Below, one piece after another: positions 39,348 through 52,573 of a stretch of DNA of 64,000 nt. A model generated the notes under the pieces. It worked only from the letters and a program-made list of their open reading frames with translations, ran no database searches and was not told where the DNA came from. Location of the stretch: contig NC_086109.1 of NCBI RefSeq assembly GCF_963921235.1, positions 25,360,001 to 25,424,000 of the forward strand, in the 5' to 3' direction. Each line of letters begins with the position of its first letter. Positions within the stretch are counted from its first letter, which is position 1. Origin of the DNA: Mobula hypostoma (Eukaryota). Position numbers and translations under genes: made by a program.

Positions 39348-40399
39348 GGCAGTACTGGTGATTTATTATTTGTACTGGGAATTTAAAGTCTGCACTGCTG
39401 AATTTATAGTCTGCAGCTGTCATTTGCATGCTGCACTAGTGACATACAGTTTCTGTGTCATTTGTAGTTGTGCTGATGATTTATTGTCTGACCTTCTGAT
39501 TTACTATCTTTACATGTGAGTTATAATCTGTACTGGTGAATTACAATGGGCAATTATGATTTACAGCCTGCACTGGGGATTTGCAGTCTGCAATGGTAAT
39601 GCATAGTCTGTAAATTACATCTAGTCTGCTTGTGCACTGACAATGTACAGTTTGCACAAGGGATTTACAATTTCCTCTATTGATTTACAATCTGATTGGT
39701 AACAAATGTTCTGAACTGATAATTTACAGCGTGCACTAGAGATTTGTAGTTAGCACTAGTAATTTACATTCTGTGTACTGCATTTGGGCAAATGTGGTTT
39801 ACAGTCTCCATTGATGATTTAGATCATGTAATTCTCTAGTGCAGACTGTAAATCATCAATGCTTACTATAATTCATGTACTGATTTTCCATCACTAGTGC
39901 AGGTATACTGTGGATTTATGGTCTGCACGGCTAAATAACAGTCTGCAGCATTGGCATCGTCCCTACATAATCAACTGTCTACAGTGGTTTATTTATCTTA
40001 CAGTCTGAATCCATCATCACAATTGTCACTGACGATTCATTGTCTGTACTGCAACAGACAGTTAGCACTGACACCTTAAGTTCTGCAACACCAGTGCCCC
40101 AATGATTTACCGCGGTGCTGCTGATTTCCAGTCTGCAATATTGATTTACAGTATGTGATGTATAGCCTGCACTTGCAGTTTATGATCTCTATTGGAGATT
40201 TATAGTCTTTGTTGATGAATAACTGTCTGCACCAGCCTCAAACAAAGGATACTGACCTGAAATGATAGCTCTGCCTCATGTTCTACAGATGTTCTCTGGC
40301 CTTTTGAGTATCCACATGATTTTCTGTTTTTATTCATATTCTCCAATGACAATATATGGTAACAACAATGGTTTACAATCTGCACTCATAATTTATAGT

Positions 40400-40920
40400 T
40401 GTTAGGGTGTACTCTGGAGATATAGAATATAGCAAATATTAATTTCAAAAGCAACCAGTCTTCAGATCTGAATGTGGATTGTAGATTGAATTTAAAATGC
40501 AACTCAGAACAATGGTTTTCCTGGAGCTACAGATTGGGGTTGATTGCAGACCAGGAAACACCTGAGATGTCTGCATATGCATGAATGAAATAAACACCCC
40601 ATTCACCTGAGATGTCTGCATATGCATGATGAATCTCAGAGACAGTGGTGATTAACACTCATTTTCGGTATGTTGGTGTGAAGATCTTGGTGTTTGAAAA
40701 TTAAATATAACTCAAAGAAAGCATTATGACTACATTGTAACTATAGACATTGTCTTGCTGTTAACTTTGATCATAAGCATATAAAAATGTGATGTAATGT
40801 TGGGTCAGGAACCCAATTTCTACGAAGACTCCAAATGCTGTCAGCTTGTGTGTGCCAAATAAAGTCTTTTATACTACCAGCTACGTGTCTCTCTGGTGAC
40901 TTTCATTGAGGGTCACAACA
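40400..40920 (+). mobile_element. Solo LTR (copy 2) with a 5-bp TSD
   Basis: TGTT...AACA termini. TSD ATAGT at 40395-40399 and 40921-40925. TATAAAAA near 40780 and AATAAA near 40858. Confidence 0.8.
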
Positions 40921-41222
40921 ATAGTCTGTACTAGAAATTTACAATCTGATAAGATTAGCTTCATTTGTCACGTGTACTTTTGAAACAGCAACACATATAG
41001 TGAAATACGGCATTTGCATCAAATCAAATCAATGAGGATTGTTCTGGGAGAAGCCCACCGGTGTTGCCATATTGTGGGCACCAACACAGCATGGCCACAA
41101 TTCACAAGCCCTGACTCTAACTGTACATCTTTGGAAGGTGGGAGGAAACCAAAGCACACGGAGGAAACACCCTTGGTCATAGGGAGAACATACAAGCTCC
41201 ATTACAAACAATAGTAGGAATT

Positions 41223-43832
41223 ATAGAAACATAGAAAATAGGTGCAGGAGTAGGCCATTTGGCCCTTCGAGCCTGCATCGCCATTCAGTATGATCATGGC
41301 TGATCATCCAACTCAGAACCCTGTACCAGCCTTCCCCCCATACCCCCTGATCCCTTTAGCCACAAGGGCCATATCTAACTCCCTCTTAAATATAGCCAAT
41401 GAACTGGCCTCAATTGTTTCCTGTGGCAGAGAATTCCACAGATTCAGCACTCTCTGTGTGAAGAAGTTTTTCCTAATCTCGGTCCTAAAAAGTTTCCCCT
41501 TTATCCTCAAACTGTGACCCCTCGTTCTGGACTTCCCCAACATCGGGAACAATCTTCCTGCATCTAGCCTGTCCAATTCCTTTAGGATTTTATATGTTTC
41601 AATAAGATCCCCCTCAATCTTCTAAATTCCAACGAATATAAGCCTAGTCGATCCAGTCTTTCATCATATGAAAGTCCTGCTACCCAGGAATCAATCTGGT
41701 GAACCTTCTTTGTACTCCCTCTATGGCAAGGATGTCTTTCCTCAGTTTAGGGGACCAAAACTGCACACAATACTCCAAGTGTGGTCTCACCAAGGACTTG
41801 TACAACTGCAGTGGTACCTCCCTGCTCCTGTACTCGAATCCTCTTGCTATGAATGCCAGCATACCATTCACCTTTTTCACCGCCTGCTGTACCTGCATGC
41901 CCACTTTCAATGACTGGTGTATAATGACACCCAGGTCTCGTTGCACCTTCCCTTTTCCTAATTGGCCACCATTCAGATAATAATCTGTTTTCCTGTTTTC
42001 GCCACCAAAGTGGATAACCTCACATTTATCCACATTAAATTGCATCTGCCATGAATTTGCCCACTCAGCTAACTTATCCAAGTCACCCTGCATCCTCTTA
42101 GCATCCTGCTCACAGCTAACACTGCCGCCCAGCTTCGTGTCATCTGCAAACTTGGAGATGCTGCATTTAATTCCCTCATCTAAGTCATTAATATATATTG
42201 TAAACAGCTGGGGTCCCAGCACTGAGCCTTGCTGTACCCCACTAGTCACTGCCTGCCATTCTGAAAAGGTCCCGTTTATTCCCACTCTTTGCTTCCTGTC
42301 TGCCAACCAATTCTCTATCCACGTCAATACCTTACCCCCAATACCGTGTGCTTTAAGTTTGCACACTAATCCCCTGTGTGGGACCTTGTCAAAAGCCTTT
42401 TGAAAATCCACATATACCACATCCACTGGTTCTCTCCTATTCACTCTACTAGTTACATCCTCAAAAAATTCTATGAGATTCGTCAGACATGATTTTCCTT
42501 TCACAAATCCATGCTGACTTTGTCCGATGATTTCACCGCTTTCCAAATGTGCTGCTATCACATCTTTGATAACTGGCTCTAGCATTTTCCCCACCACCGA
42601 TGTCAGGCTAACCGGTCTATAATTCCCCGGTTTTTCTCTCCCTCCTTTTTTAAAAAGCGGGGTTACATTAGCCACCCTCCAATCCTCAGGAACTAGTCTA
42701 GAACCTAAAGAGTTTTGAAAAATTATCACTATTATTATCCACTATTTCTTGGGCTACTTCCTTAAACACTCTGGGATGCAGACCATCTGGCCCTGGGGTT
42801 TTATCTGCCTTTAATCCCTTCAATTTACCTAACACCACTTCCCTACTAACATGTATTTCCCTCAGTTCCTCCATCTCACTGGACCCTCTGTCCCCTACTA
42901 TTTCCGGAAGATTATTTATGTCCTCCTTAGTGAAGACAGAACCAAAGTAGTTATTCAATTGGTCTGCCATGTCCTTGCTCCCCATAATCAACTCACCTGT
43001 TTCTGTCTGTAGGGGACCTACATTTGTCTTAATCAATCTTTTTCTTTTCACATATCTATAAAAGCTTTTACAGTCAGTTTTTATGTTCCCTGCCAGTTTT
43101 CTCTCATAATATTTTTTTTTCCCTTCCTAATTAAGCCCTTTGTCCTCCTCTGCTGGACTCTGAATTTCTCCCAGTCCTCAGGTGAGCCACTTTTTCTGGC
43201 TAATTTGTATGCTTCTTCTTTGGAATTGATACTGTCCCTAATTTCCCTTGTCAGCCACGGGTGCACTATCTTCCTTGATTTATTCTTTTTCCAAACTGGG
43301 ATGAACAATTGTTGTAGTTCATCCATGCGATCTTTATATGCTTGCTATTGCATATCCACCGTCAACCCTTTAAGTGTCATTTGCCAGTCTATCTTAGCTA
43401 ATTCACGTCTTATACCTTCAAAGTTACCCTTCTTTAAGTTCAGAACCTTTGTTTCTGAATTAACTATGTCACTCTCCATCTTAATAAAGAATTCCACCAT
43501 ATTATGGTCACTCTTACCCAAGGGGCGTCTCACAACAAGATTGCTAATTAACCCTTCCTCATTGTTCAATACCCAGTCTAGAATAGCCTGCTCTCTAGTT
43601 GGTTCCTTGACATGTTGGTTCAAAAAACCATCCCGCATATATTCCAAGAAATCCCGTTCCTCAGCACCCTTACCAATTTGGTTCACCCAATCTATATGTA
43701 GATTGAAGTCACCCATTATAACTGCTGTTCCTTTATTGTGCACATTTCTAATTTCCTGTTTAATACCATCCCCAACCTCACTACTACTGTTAGGTGGCCT
43801 GTACACAACTCCCACCAGCATTTTCTGCCCCT
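41223..43832 (-). mobile_element. CR1 LINE, 5'-truncated ORF2 (end of AP endonuclease plus RT), frameshifted
   Basis: VYRPP, GDFN, SDH, PGPDG, NYRPVSLTS, QHGF, DFQKAFDKVPH, GSVLGP and KFADD spread over five ORF pieces; 3' tail ttctatgtttcta. Confidence 0.95.
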
Positions 43833-45388
43833 TGAAGTCTAATTGGTGATCACTAACACTGTAATGCGATCGTGCTAACCACAACATTTCCAAGTCAGCC
43901 CACTTTGTCAATCTGTACTGCTGATTTACAGTTTATGCTTGCATTTCTCTCGAGTCTTAGAAAAATTACTAAATGAATGGATACCAAAATGGGATTATCT
44001 AAGAAATTCTAATGTAAGTACTAATACGTCTGTTGGAATTTATTTTCTGTTAAGTAAGTGAGGCACAATGCACCGAGAGGAATTTCCATACTGAGTGCCT
44101 CCCTATAAGAGGGACGGAGCAAAAACTGAAGAGCTTATTAAAATTAAGGTTAAAGAACTGTTTATTGACTTAGATCTTTTCTTCGTCCTTTGACAATACT
44201 TAAATTTGCCAAAAATGGAGGTACAACTGATCGTCAGGTGTGTATCTCTGTAGTTGCTTTGTGAGCTGTAATGTATAACTACAGAAAAGAAAGCCTTAGC
44301 TTTAAATAAAGAAGTAATAAAGACCTGCATACTTGTGCAATTCAAAGATTTCTAAAAAGACGTAATTTACAGGGATGTGGCTGGAAAACTTTTGAATGTT
44401 TAGGTACATTATTGCTACAAAATCATCCAAAACAGAGTATTCACACTTCAGTCACAAGATGTGTAAATTATACGTTAATGGGTTAGAGCTGAGAGTCCTA
44501 TAATCATTCATAGAATCTGGGGAGAAAAGTGAATTTAATTAACTTTAATTAAAATAATAAAATTATACCATCAACTACCCATTGTGAGGCTAAAATATCT
44601 CTCAAATATCCAGACTCTAAAATGAAATAAAAGCATTTTAAAAATTCCTTGTCACCCATTTAAAAATATTATTTAATGTAACAGTAACAGAATGTCAAGC
44701 TCCATAAGAAATTCTATCGTTCCAGTATCCAGAAAATATAATTTCTTACCTTCATCAATCATATACCTGCTTTATTTGTTACCCCTCTTTCTTTCCCAGT
44801 CTTTTGCAGACTTTCCTTTACCCCTTTTTCTCTCCATTTGCCTATTCATCTCCCTACACCAACGCTTCTCTTCCTACTTCCCTACCCTTGTCCCTCCCCC
44901 CTAAATTTTCTCTTGCTCCCTTCCCTTCCATTATTAATACCCCATCCTTACTTTTCACACTTCATTCCCTTCCTTCATCCTCCATTCTCCTTCCTGCCAA
45001 CTCATCACATCTTCCTGCAACATTCCCAACCACCAGCACGCCACCTATTTGTCCTATTCCATTGTCCTAAATCTCCAGATAAAAATGTTATCTTTATCCA
45101 TTAGGATGTTGAATTCAACCTTCAGGTATAAACTGGGTTTGTCCTGAGGTCTGTGTACATAATAAACAGCAAAAACAACAAATAATAGAACTTAGTGAGA
45201 GAACTAATGGATTAAATCAAAGATCTGTTCTGCTTCATCCAGTCATTAATGTCGGTGAGCAATTAAGTGGCTAAAGGCTAAAGGAAGTGTCACAACTTTC
45301 CTCTCCTCAACAGTGGTCGACTCTGGCCTGTGAGTACCATCAACAAGGCTGAAAATTGGTAATTATCTTCAGACAAACTATCTAAATC

Positions 45389-47856
45389 ATGCGAATGGAT
45401 TGGGAAAAGCAGGTCAGCACTGGATTTCAAGAGAGAGAATTTGGAGAATGTCTGCGAGATGGCTTTTTAGAACAGCTTGTTGTTGAGCCCACTAGGAGAT
45501 CGGCTGTACCGGATTGGGTATTGTGTAATGATCCGGAGGTGATTGGAGAGATTGAGGTGAAGGGACCCTTAGGAGGCAGTGATCATAACATGATTGAGTT
45601 CACTGTGAAATTTGAAAAAGAGAAGCCAAAATCTGATGTGTCAGTACTTCAGTGGAGTAAAGGAAATTACAGTGGCATGAGAGAGGAACTGGCCAAGTAG
45701 ACTAGAAAGGGACACTGGCGGGAAAGACAGCACAGCAGCAGTGGCTGGAGTTTATGCGAGAAATGAGGAAGGTGCAAGACAGGTATATTCCAAAAAAGAA
45801 GAAATTTTCGAGTGGAAAAAGGATACAACCATGGTTGACAAGAAAAGTCAAAGCCAAAGTTAAAGCAAAGGAGAGGGCATACAAGGAAGCAAAAATTAGT
45901 GGGAAGACAGAGGATTGGAAAGTTTTTAAAATCTTACAAAAGGAAACCAAGAAGGTCGTTAACAGGGAAAAGAATAACTATGAAAGCAAGCTAGCAAATA
46001 ATATCAAAGAGGATACTGAAAGCTTTTTCAAGTATATAAAGAGTAAAAGACAGGTGAGAGCAGATATAGGACTGATAGAAAATGATGCTGGAGAAATTGT
46101 AATGGGAGATAAGGAGATGGCAGAGGAACTGAACGAGTAGTTTGCATCAGTCTTCACTGAGGAAGACATCAGCAGTATACCGGACACTCAAGGATGGCAG
46201 GGAAGAGAAGTGTGCGCAGTCACAATTACGACAGAGAAAGTACTTAGGAAACTGAATAGTCTAAAGGTAGACAAATCTCCTGGACCAGATGGAATGCACC
46301 CGCGTGTTCTGAAGGAAGTAGCTGTGGAGATTGCGGAGGCATTAGCGATGATCTTTCAAAAGTCGATAGATTCTGGCATGGTTCCGGAGGACTGGAAGAC
46401 TGCAAATGTCACTCCGCTATTTAAGAAGGGGGCAAGGAAGCAAAAAGGAAATTATAGGCCTGTTAGCTTGACATCGGTGGTTGGGAAGTTGTTGGAGTCG
46501 ATTGTCAAGGATGAGGTTACAGAGTACCTGGAGGCATATGACAAGATAGGCAGAACTCAGCATGGATTCCTTAAAGGAAAATCCTGCCTGACAAACCTAT
46601 TGCAATTTTTTGAGGAAATTACAAGTCGGCTAGACAAGGGAGATGCAGTAGATGTTGTATATTTGGATTTTCAGAAGGCCTTTGACAAGGTGCCACACAT
46701 GAGGCTACTTAACAAGATAAGAGCCCATGGAATTACGGGAAAGTTACATACGTGGATAAAGCGTTGGCTGATTGGCAGGAAACAGAGAGTGGGAATAAAG
46801 GGATCCTATCCTGGTTGGCTGCCGGTTACCAGTGGTGTTCCACAGGGGTCCGTGTTGGGGCCACTTCTTTTTACATTGTACATCAACTATTTGGATTATG
46901 GAATAGATGGCTTTGTGGCTACGTTTGCTGACGATACAAAGATAGGTGGAGGGACCGGTAGTGCTGAGGAAACGGAGAGTCTGCAGAGAGACTTGGATAG
47001 ATTGGAAGAATGGGCAGAGAAGTGGCAAATGAAGTACAATGTTGGAAAGTGTATGGTTATGCACTTTGACAGAAAAAAATAAACGGGCAGACTATTATTT
47101 AAATGGGGAAAGAATTCTAAGTTCTGAGATGCAACGGGACTTGGGAGTCCTCGTACAGGATACCTTTAAAGTTAACCTCCAGTTTGAGTCAGTAGTGAAG
47201 AAGGCGAATGCAATGTTGGCATTCATTTCTAGAGGAATAGAGTATAGGAGCAGGGATATGATGTTGAGGCTCTATAAGGCGCTGGTGAGACCTCACTTGG
47301 AGTACTGTGGGCAGTTTTGGTCTTCTTATTTAAGAAAGGATGTGCTGACGTTGGAGAGGGTACAGAGAAGATTCACTAGAATGATTCCGGGAATGAGAGG
47401 GTTAACATATGAGGAACGTTTGTCCGCTCTTGGACTGTATTCATTGGAGTTTAGAAGAATGAGGGCAGACCTCATAGAAACATTTCGAATGTTGAAAGGC
47501 ATGGACAGAGTGGATGTGGCAAAGTTGTTTCCCATGATGGGGGAGTCTAGTACGAGAGGGCATGACTTAAGGATCGAAGGGCGCCCATTCAGAATAGAAA
47601 TGCGAAGAAATTTTTTTAGTCAGAGGGTGGTGAATCTATGGGATTTGTTGCCACGGGCAGCAGTGGAGGCCAAGTCATTGGGTGTATTTAAGGCAGAGAT
47701 TGATAGGTATCTGAGTAGCCAGGGCATCAAAGGTTATGGTGAGAAGGTGGGGGAGTTGGACTAAATGGGAGAATTGATCAGCTCATGATAAAATGGCGGA
47801 GCAGACTCGATGGGCTGAATGGCTGACTTCTTCTCCTTTGTCTTATGGCCTTATGG
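45389..47856 (+). mobile_element. CR1 LINE, 5'-truncated ORF2 (end of endonuclease plus RT), disrupted
   Basis: SDHN, SPGPDG, NYRPVSLTS, DFQKAFDKVPH, PQGSVLGP, FADD and RPHLEYC motifs. Probable TSD TCTAAATC at 45381-45388 and 47857-47864. Confidence 0.95.
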
Positions 47857-48754
47857 TCTAAATCGCTTCTTGAAATTTTGAAGTCCTTGCTGTCACTAAA
47901 GTCAGTCTTTGGCCAAATTGATTCAAGCCTTATGAAGGACGACGTCAGCTGGGATGAAGTTGGCAACATAATTGGCAACCAGATCCTAAGCTTATTTATC
48001 CACTCCTCCCCTCACCAACAGACAATGTCTGCAATGTGTTCAAGTGCAAAAATACACAGCAGTGATCTGCCAAGTATTATTTGATCACTTTCCTTTAGTC
48101 AGCAAATTCTGTAGCCAGGGGAAATGTCAAATCAGCACATTTCCCCCTAATTTGCTAGCACCTAGACCTGGAAAGCTAGTTGTTTGTGTCCACAAGGACA
48201 ATATGATAATGTTGGCCTCAACCATTTTACTCTGGTAAAATGGCCTGAAGAAGGGTTTGAAATATCAACTGTTTATTCCCTTCCATAGGTGCTGCCTGAC
48301 CTGCTGAGTTTCTCTAGTATTTTGTATGTATTACTCAGTGTGGTGGAGAGTGCTCGGTAAACACACTTCTTGTACATGCACATTTACGTACTCACACACA
48401 CAAACGTTGCCTTGTCATTCGTTGCGTTGAGTGTACGCACTTCAATGTCTTCCTTCTCAGTAAGAGGAAGATACGTGAGCTGCCAGGAGTTCACACTGGA
48501 CAAGAAATAGTATGGAGCTATTATTGTGTTTTCTGCTCGATACTTTTTTGGAAAAATTGGTGGTTTTCACTATTTTTGCTTATTTTTGTAAGTTTGATTT
48601 TTAACATACCGAATAAACACCCTTGTACTAAAGTGCTAATCAACTCCAGCCATATTTTCTTTAGTCATAACCCACGCATCTAACACTCTGGTAGAATGTT
48701 GTTACTTTTCCAATATAAACAATTGTTATTTTATTTCATTTTCAATCTCCGTGA

Positions 48755-49983
48755 CTTTTCACACGGCTTTAGACCACCTAGACAACACAAACACCTACGT
48801 CAGGATGTTGTTAATCGACTATAGCTCAGCATTTAATACCATCATTCCCACAATCCTGATTGAGAAGTTGCAGAACCTGGGCCTCTGTAACTGGATCCGC
48901 GACTTCCTAACCAGAAGACCATAGTCTGTGCAGATTGGTGATAACATGTCCCTTTCGCTGACAATCAACACTGGCGCACCCCAGGGCTGTGTGCTTAGCC
49001 CACTGCTCTACTCCCTGTATACACATGACTGTGTGGCTAGGCATAGCTCAAATACCATCTACAAATTTGCTACAATACAACCATTGTTGGTAGAATTTCA
49101 GGTTGTGACGAGAGGGTGTACAGGAGCAAGATATGCCAACTAGTGGAATGGTGCCACAGCAACAACCTGGCACTCAACGTCAGTAAGATGAAAGAGCTGA
49201 TTGTGGACTTCAGGAAGGGTAAGATGAAGGAACACATACCAATCCTCATAGAGGGATCAGAAGTGGAGAGAGTGAGCAGCTTCAAGTTCCTGGGTGTCAA
49301 GATCTCTGAGGATCTAACCTGGTCCCAACATATTGATGTAGTCATAAAGAAGGCAAGACAGCAGCTATACATCATTAGGAGTCTGAAGAGATTTGGCATG
49401 TCAACAAACACACTCAAAAACTTCTATAGATGTACCATGCAGAGCATTCTGACAGGCTGCATCACTGTCTGGTTTGGAGGGGCTACTGCATAGGACTGAA
49501 AGAAGCTGCAGAAAGTTGTAAATCTAGTCAGATCAATCTTGGGCACTAGCCCACAAAGTACCCAGGACATCTTTAGGAAGCAGTGTCTCAGAAAGGCAGC
49601 GTCCATTATTAAAGACCTCCAGCACCCAGGACATGCACTTTTCTCACTGTTACCATCAGGTAGGAGATACAGAATCCTGAAGGCACACACTCAGTGATTC
49701 AGGAACAGCTTTTTCTCCTCTCTCATCCAATTCCTAAATGGACTTTGAAGCTTTGGACATTACCTCACTTTTTTAATATACAGTATTTGTGTTTTTGCAC
49801 ATTTTTTAATAAACTATTCAATATACGTAATTGATTTACTTGTTTATTTATTATTATGTTTTATTTTATTTTTTTTTCTCTTTCGCCTAGATTATGTATT
49901 GCATTGAACTGCTGCTGCTAAGTTAACAAATTTCACGTCACATGCCGGTGATAATAAACCTGATTCTGATTCTGATTCTGATT
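48755..49983 (+). mobile_element. Rex1/Babar LINE 3' portion with a (CTGATT)n tail
   Basis: [37 protein letters not shown] and FYRCT..SILTGCITVW motifs; tail at ~49960-49983. Confidence 0.9.
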
Positions 49984-52014
49984 TTCATTTTGCAGTGGCT
50001 TTAATACCAGCATTTATTATCCTTCCCCCAGAGCCCCTGAGCAGGTCATGGCGAGCCACCTTTCTGAATTGCTGTGGTTTGTGTGGTGATGGCTCCCACC
50101 ATTATGTTCCTCTTTGGGAGTACAGTACATCAGCAGGTTGAGGAATCAAACGTTAGAGCAATGAGGGAGATCATTCAGCCCATTATATCTGTGACAGCCC
50201 TTTAGCAACAGTCCTGCTCACCTGTTCCACCTTGACAAGCCTGCACATTTCTTTTCTAGGACTTCACGTGCCAGTGCCCTTAATCAACGATTCAAGGATA
50301 TCGGGCATCAGGTCCTTATTCCAATGATGCCCAGGGAGTCTTCGGCATACCCAGGCTAGAGAAATTGACACTGACCATCAGTTCTTGATCTCTCCCTTAA
50401 AAGTTAAATCGACTAACCATCAGCCAAGGACATTGTGACAGACACTCGCGGGTAACTGCGTATGTAATAGATCTGGATGTGCACCGAAGCAAGGAGTAAA
50501 AGGGTGAGTTTAGAATCAAAAGAAGACGCCACTTGGGACTGCCAACAATAAGGAGACTTGCTTATGGTCGGTACCTCATGGGAATATCAGGGGGGAATAG
50601 CGGAGAGCTCCCCAAGTGTTAACAAACAGGAATTAGGCTGTGGTCTTGTGATGCCTTAGTGGTGATGTGTGCTGGCAATGTGTGAAAATATTCACCACTG
50701 GCCCTCTGCCTGTCAATTTATATCAGCTCCTAACAAACAGATGTGATTACATCAAGGCTATAATTTAATAATCAGCCATTTGGGCCAACTTAACCGCAAG
50801 ATTGTTTTTGTGTTCCACGCAAGTTGCTTCTCACTAAATTTTCTTTTCAGTGGAGCCTGGAAGTCTGAAATAAAACCAGAAAGTGCTGGAAGTGTTCCGC
50901 ATGTCAGGCAACAAATGTGGAGAGAGAAAAAAAACAGGGAACATTTCAGGTCAATGACTTCCTGAGCTTTTCTGTTTTAATATAAAATCAGTAGCTTTTT
51001 TCTCTCAGTTTCTGCAAGCTGAGGGGAAGAAAGAGGGGGTGAATTACCTGGGAGGTTTATATTCATCTCCAAGGACAAGGATACCAAAGCCCCTCTGAAA
51101 GATGCATTGCAAACCCCAGTCACTTCTGCACCAGGAAAGCTTCCACTAGAACAGGGGTCCCCAACCTTTTTTTACGCCATGGAGACTTATGCCAAGGGAT
51201 CTGTGGACCCCACATTGAGAACCCCTGCACTAGAGACTTATTTTCTCACTCAGCCTCACCCTGAAAGAATTGAAAGAAAGAAGCCTTCGCACGGAGCAAC
51301 AGAGGAACCTTCAGAGAATGGTGCTCTCATTCATGTCACCACCTCTTGTCTAGTTTGATTGCCACCCTCCATTATTTCATACCACCCCCGCCCTCAGCAC
51401 AGACCTATGCTGTCTCAAGTGGGAAAAGTACAGGCACTATTCCTTCCTAGCAGGGAAGGCTATTGGAACAGGGATTCAGAGCCAAAGATTTAGGGGAGTC
51501 ACTGCCACTCTTTCTCCCATCTCTGTATCTCATTTACCACCTTTCTCCTCCCAAACCGAATAAAGTGCACAATATAAAATTCAGCAGTGTAAAAACTGAG
51601 CTTCAAACAGGCCACTGTGGTGAATACTCCCTCACTACTTTGCAACGGACACAATCGATAACAATGAATGTTTTATGACCTCCTGCCACACACTCATATT
51701 GATTGCTGCCCAAACATCCACAAGACAGTCTACAAACAGAAGGCGTCCTTTCAAATCCAGAACTGGCCTGGTTTTAAATGGTGATGGCAACGGAATGCTG
51801 CCAGTCAATTGCCCCCTCTCCCTTTGCCTGAGCCCATCTGAAAGTGACAGCAGTCCAAGTATTCTCAGTCAGGACTGGGACAAATTGTTAACAAAGATTT
51901 ACAGCATTACGCTTGCACCAAAATGAGTTGTGGGAAATGGAGAAGGGGAATTGCGAGAAGATTAGATTTAGAATTCGAGGGTTTTTCAGGGGATTCAGAG
52001 CCGAGGGCACAAAT

Positions 52015-52567
52015 CATAGAACATAGAACATTACAGCACAGTACAGACCCTTCAGCACATGATGTTGTGCTGACATTCTAATCCACTCTAAGATCGCTCC
52101 TGCACTCCATGATAGCTGACTTATTATCTCTCTCAATCCCACTGTCCTGCCTCCTCCCAATACCTTCGATGCTCTTACTAATCAAGAACTTACCAATCTC
52201 CTCTTTAAATATACCCCATAACTTGGCCTCTACAGCCATCTATTTCAAAGAATTCCACTGTTTCACACTACCTGGCTAGAGAAATTCCTTCTCACCTCTG
52301 TTCTAAAGAGACGTCGTCTATTCTGAGGCTGTGCCCTCTAGGTTTCCACTATAGAAAATATATGTACTCTATCTAGGCCTTTCAATATTCAATAGGTTTC
52401 AGTGAGATCTTCCTCCCACCCCATGCCCTCATTCGTCTAAGCTTCAGCAAGTAAAGAGCCAGAGCCACCAAATGCTCCTCGTATGTAAACTCTTTCATTC
52501 CTGGGATTATTTTCATAAACCTCCTCTGGACCCTCTCCAATACCAGCACATCCTTTCTTAGATAATC
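52015..52567 (-). mobile_element. CR1 LINE 3' fragment
   Basis: YLRKDVLVLERVQRRFMKIIPGM peptide and a (TTCTATG)-type tail at ~52015-52030. Confidence 0.8.
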
Positions 52568-52573
52568 TGTTCT

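Larger units (their letters stand above)
38460..40950. repeat. Degenerate 20-bp satellite, consensus ~GATTTACAGTCTGCACTGGT, interrupted by two solo LTRs
   Basis: Phased units such as gatttacagcctgcactggg and gatttgcagtctgcaatggt at 39558-39597. Remnants recur at ~43910-43935, after the CR1. Confidence 0.8.

Noticed and set aside
38731..40920. The two LTRs as the 5' and 3' ends of one element
   Set aside because: Each has its own junction duplication, no PBS or PPT is visible, and the satellite continues outside both.
38460..40950. Satellite as a CRISPR-like array
   Set aside because: Units are contiguous and degenerate with no unique spacers, there are no cas genes, and the context is eukaryotic.
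44061..44101. GAGGCAC..GTGCCTC stem as a snoRNA hairpin
   Set aside because: Only a 7-bp stem, with no convincing second hairpin or box motifs.
41680..47764. 349-aa, 290-aa and 241-aa ORFs as host genes
   Set aside because: They are pieces of truncated, frameshifted CR1 ORF2.
48360..48480. Possible pre-miRNA hairpins
   Set aside because: Stems are short and interrupted, and I recognise no mature miRNA.
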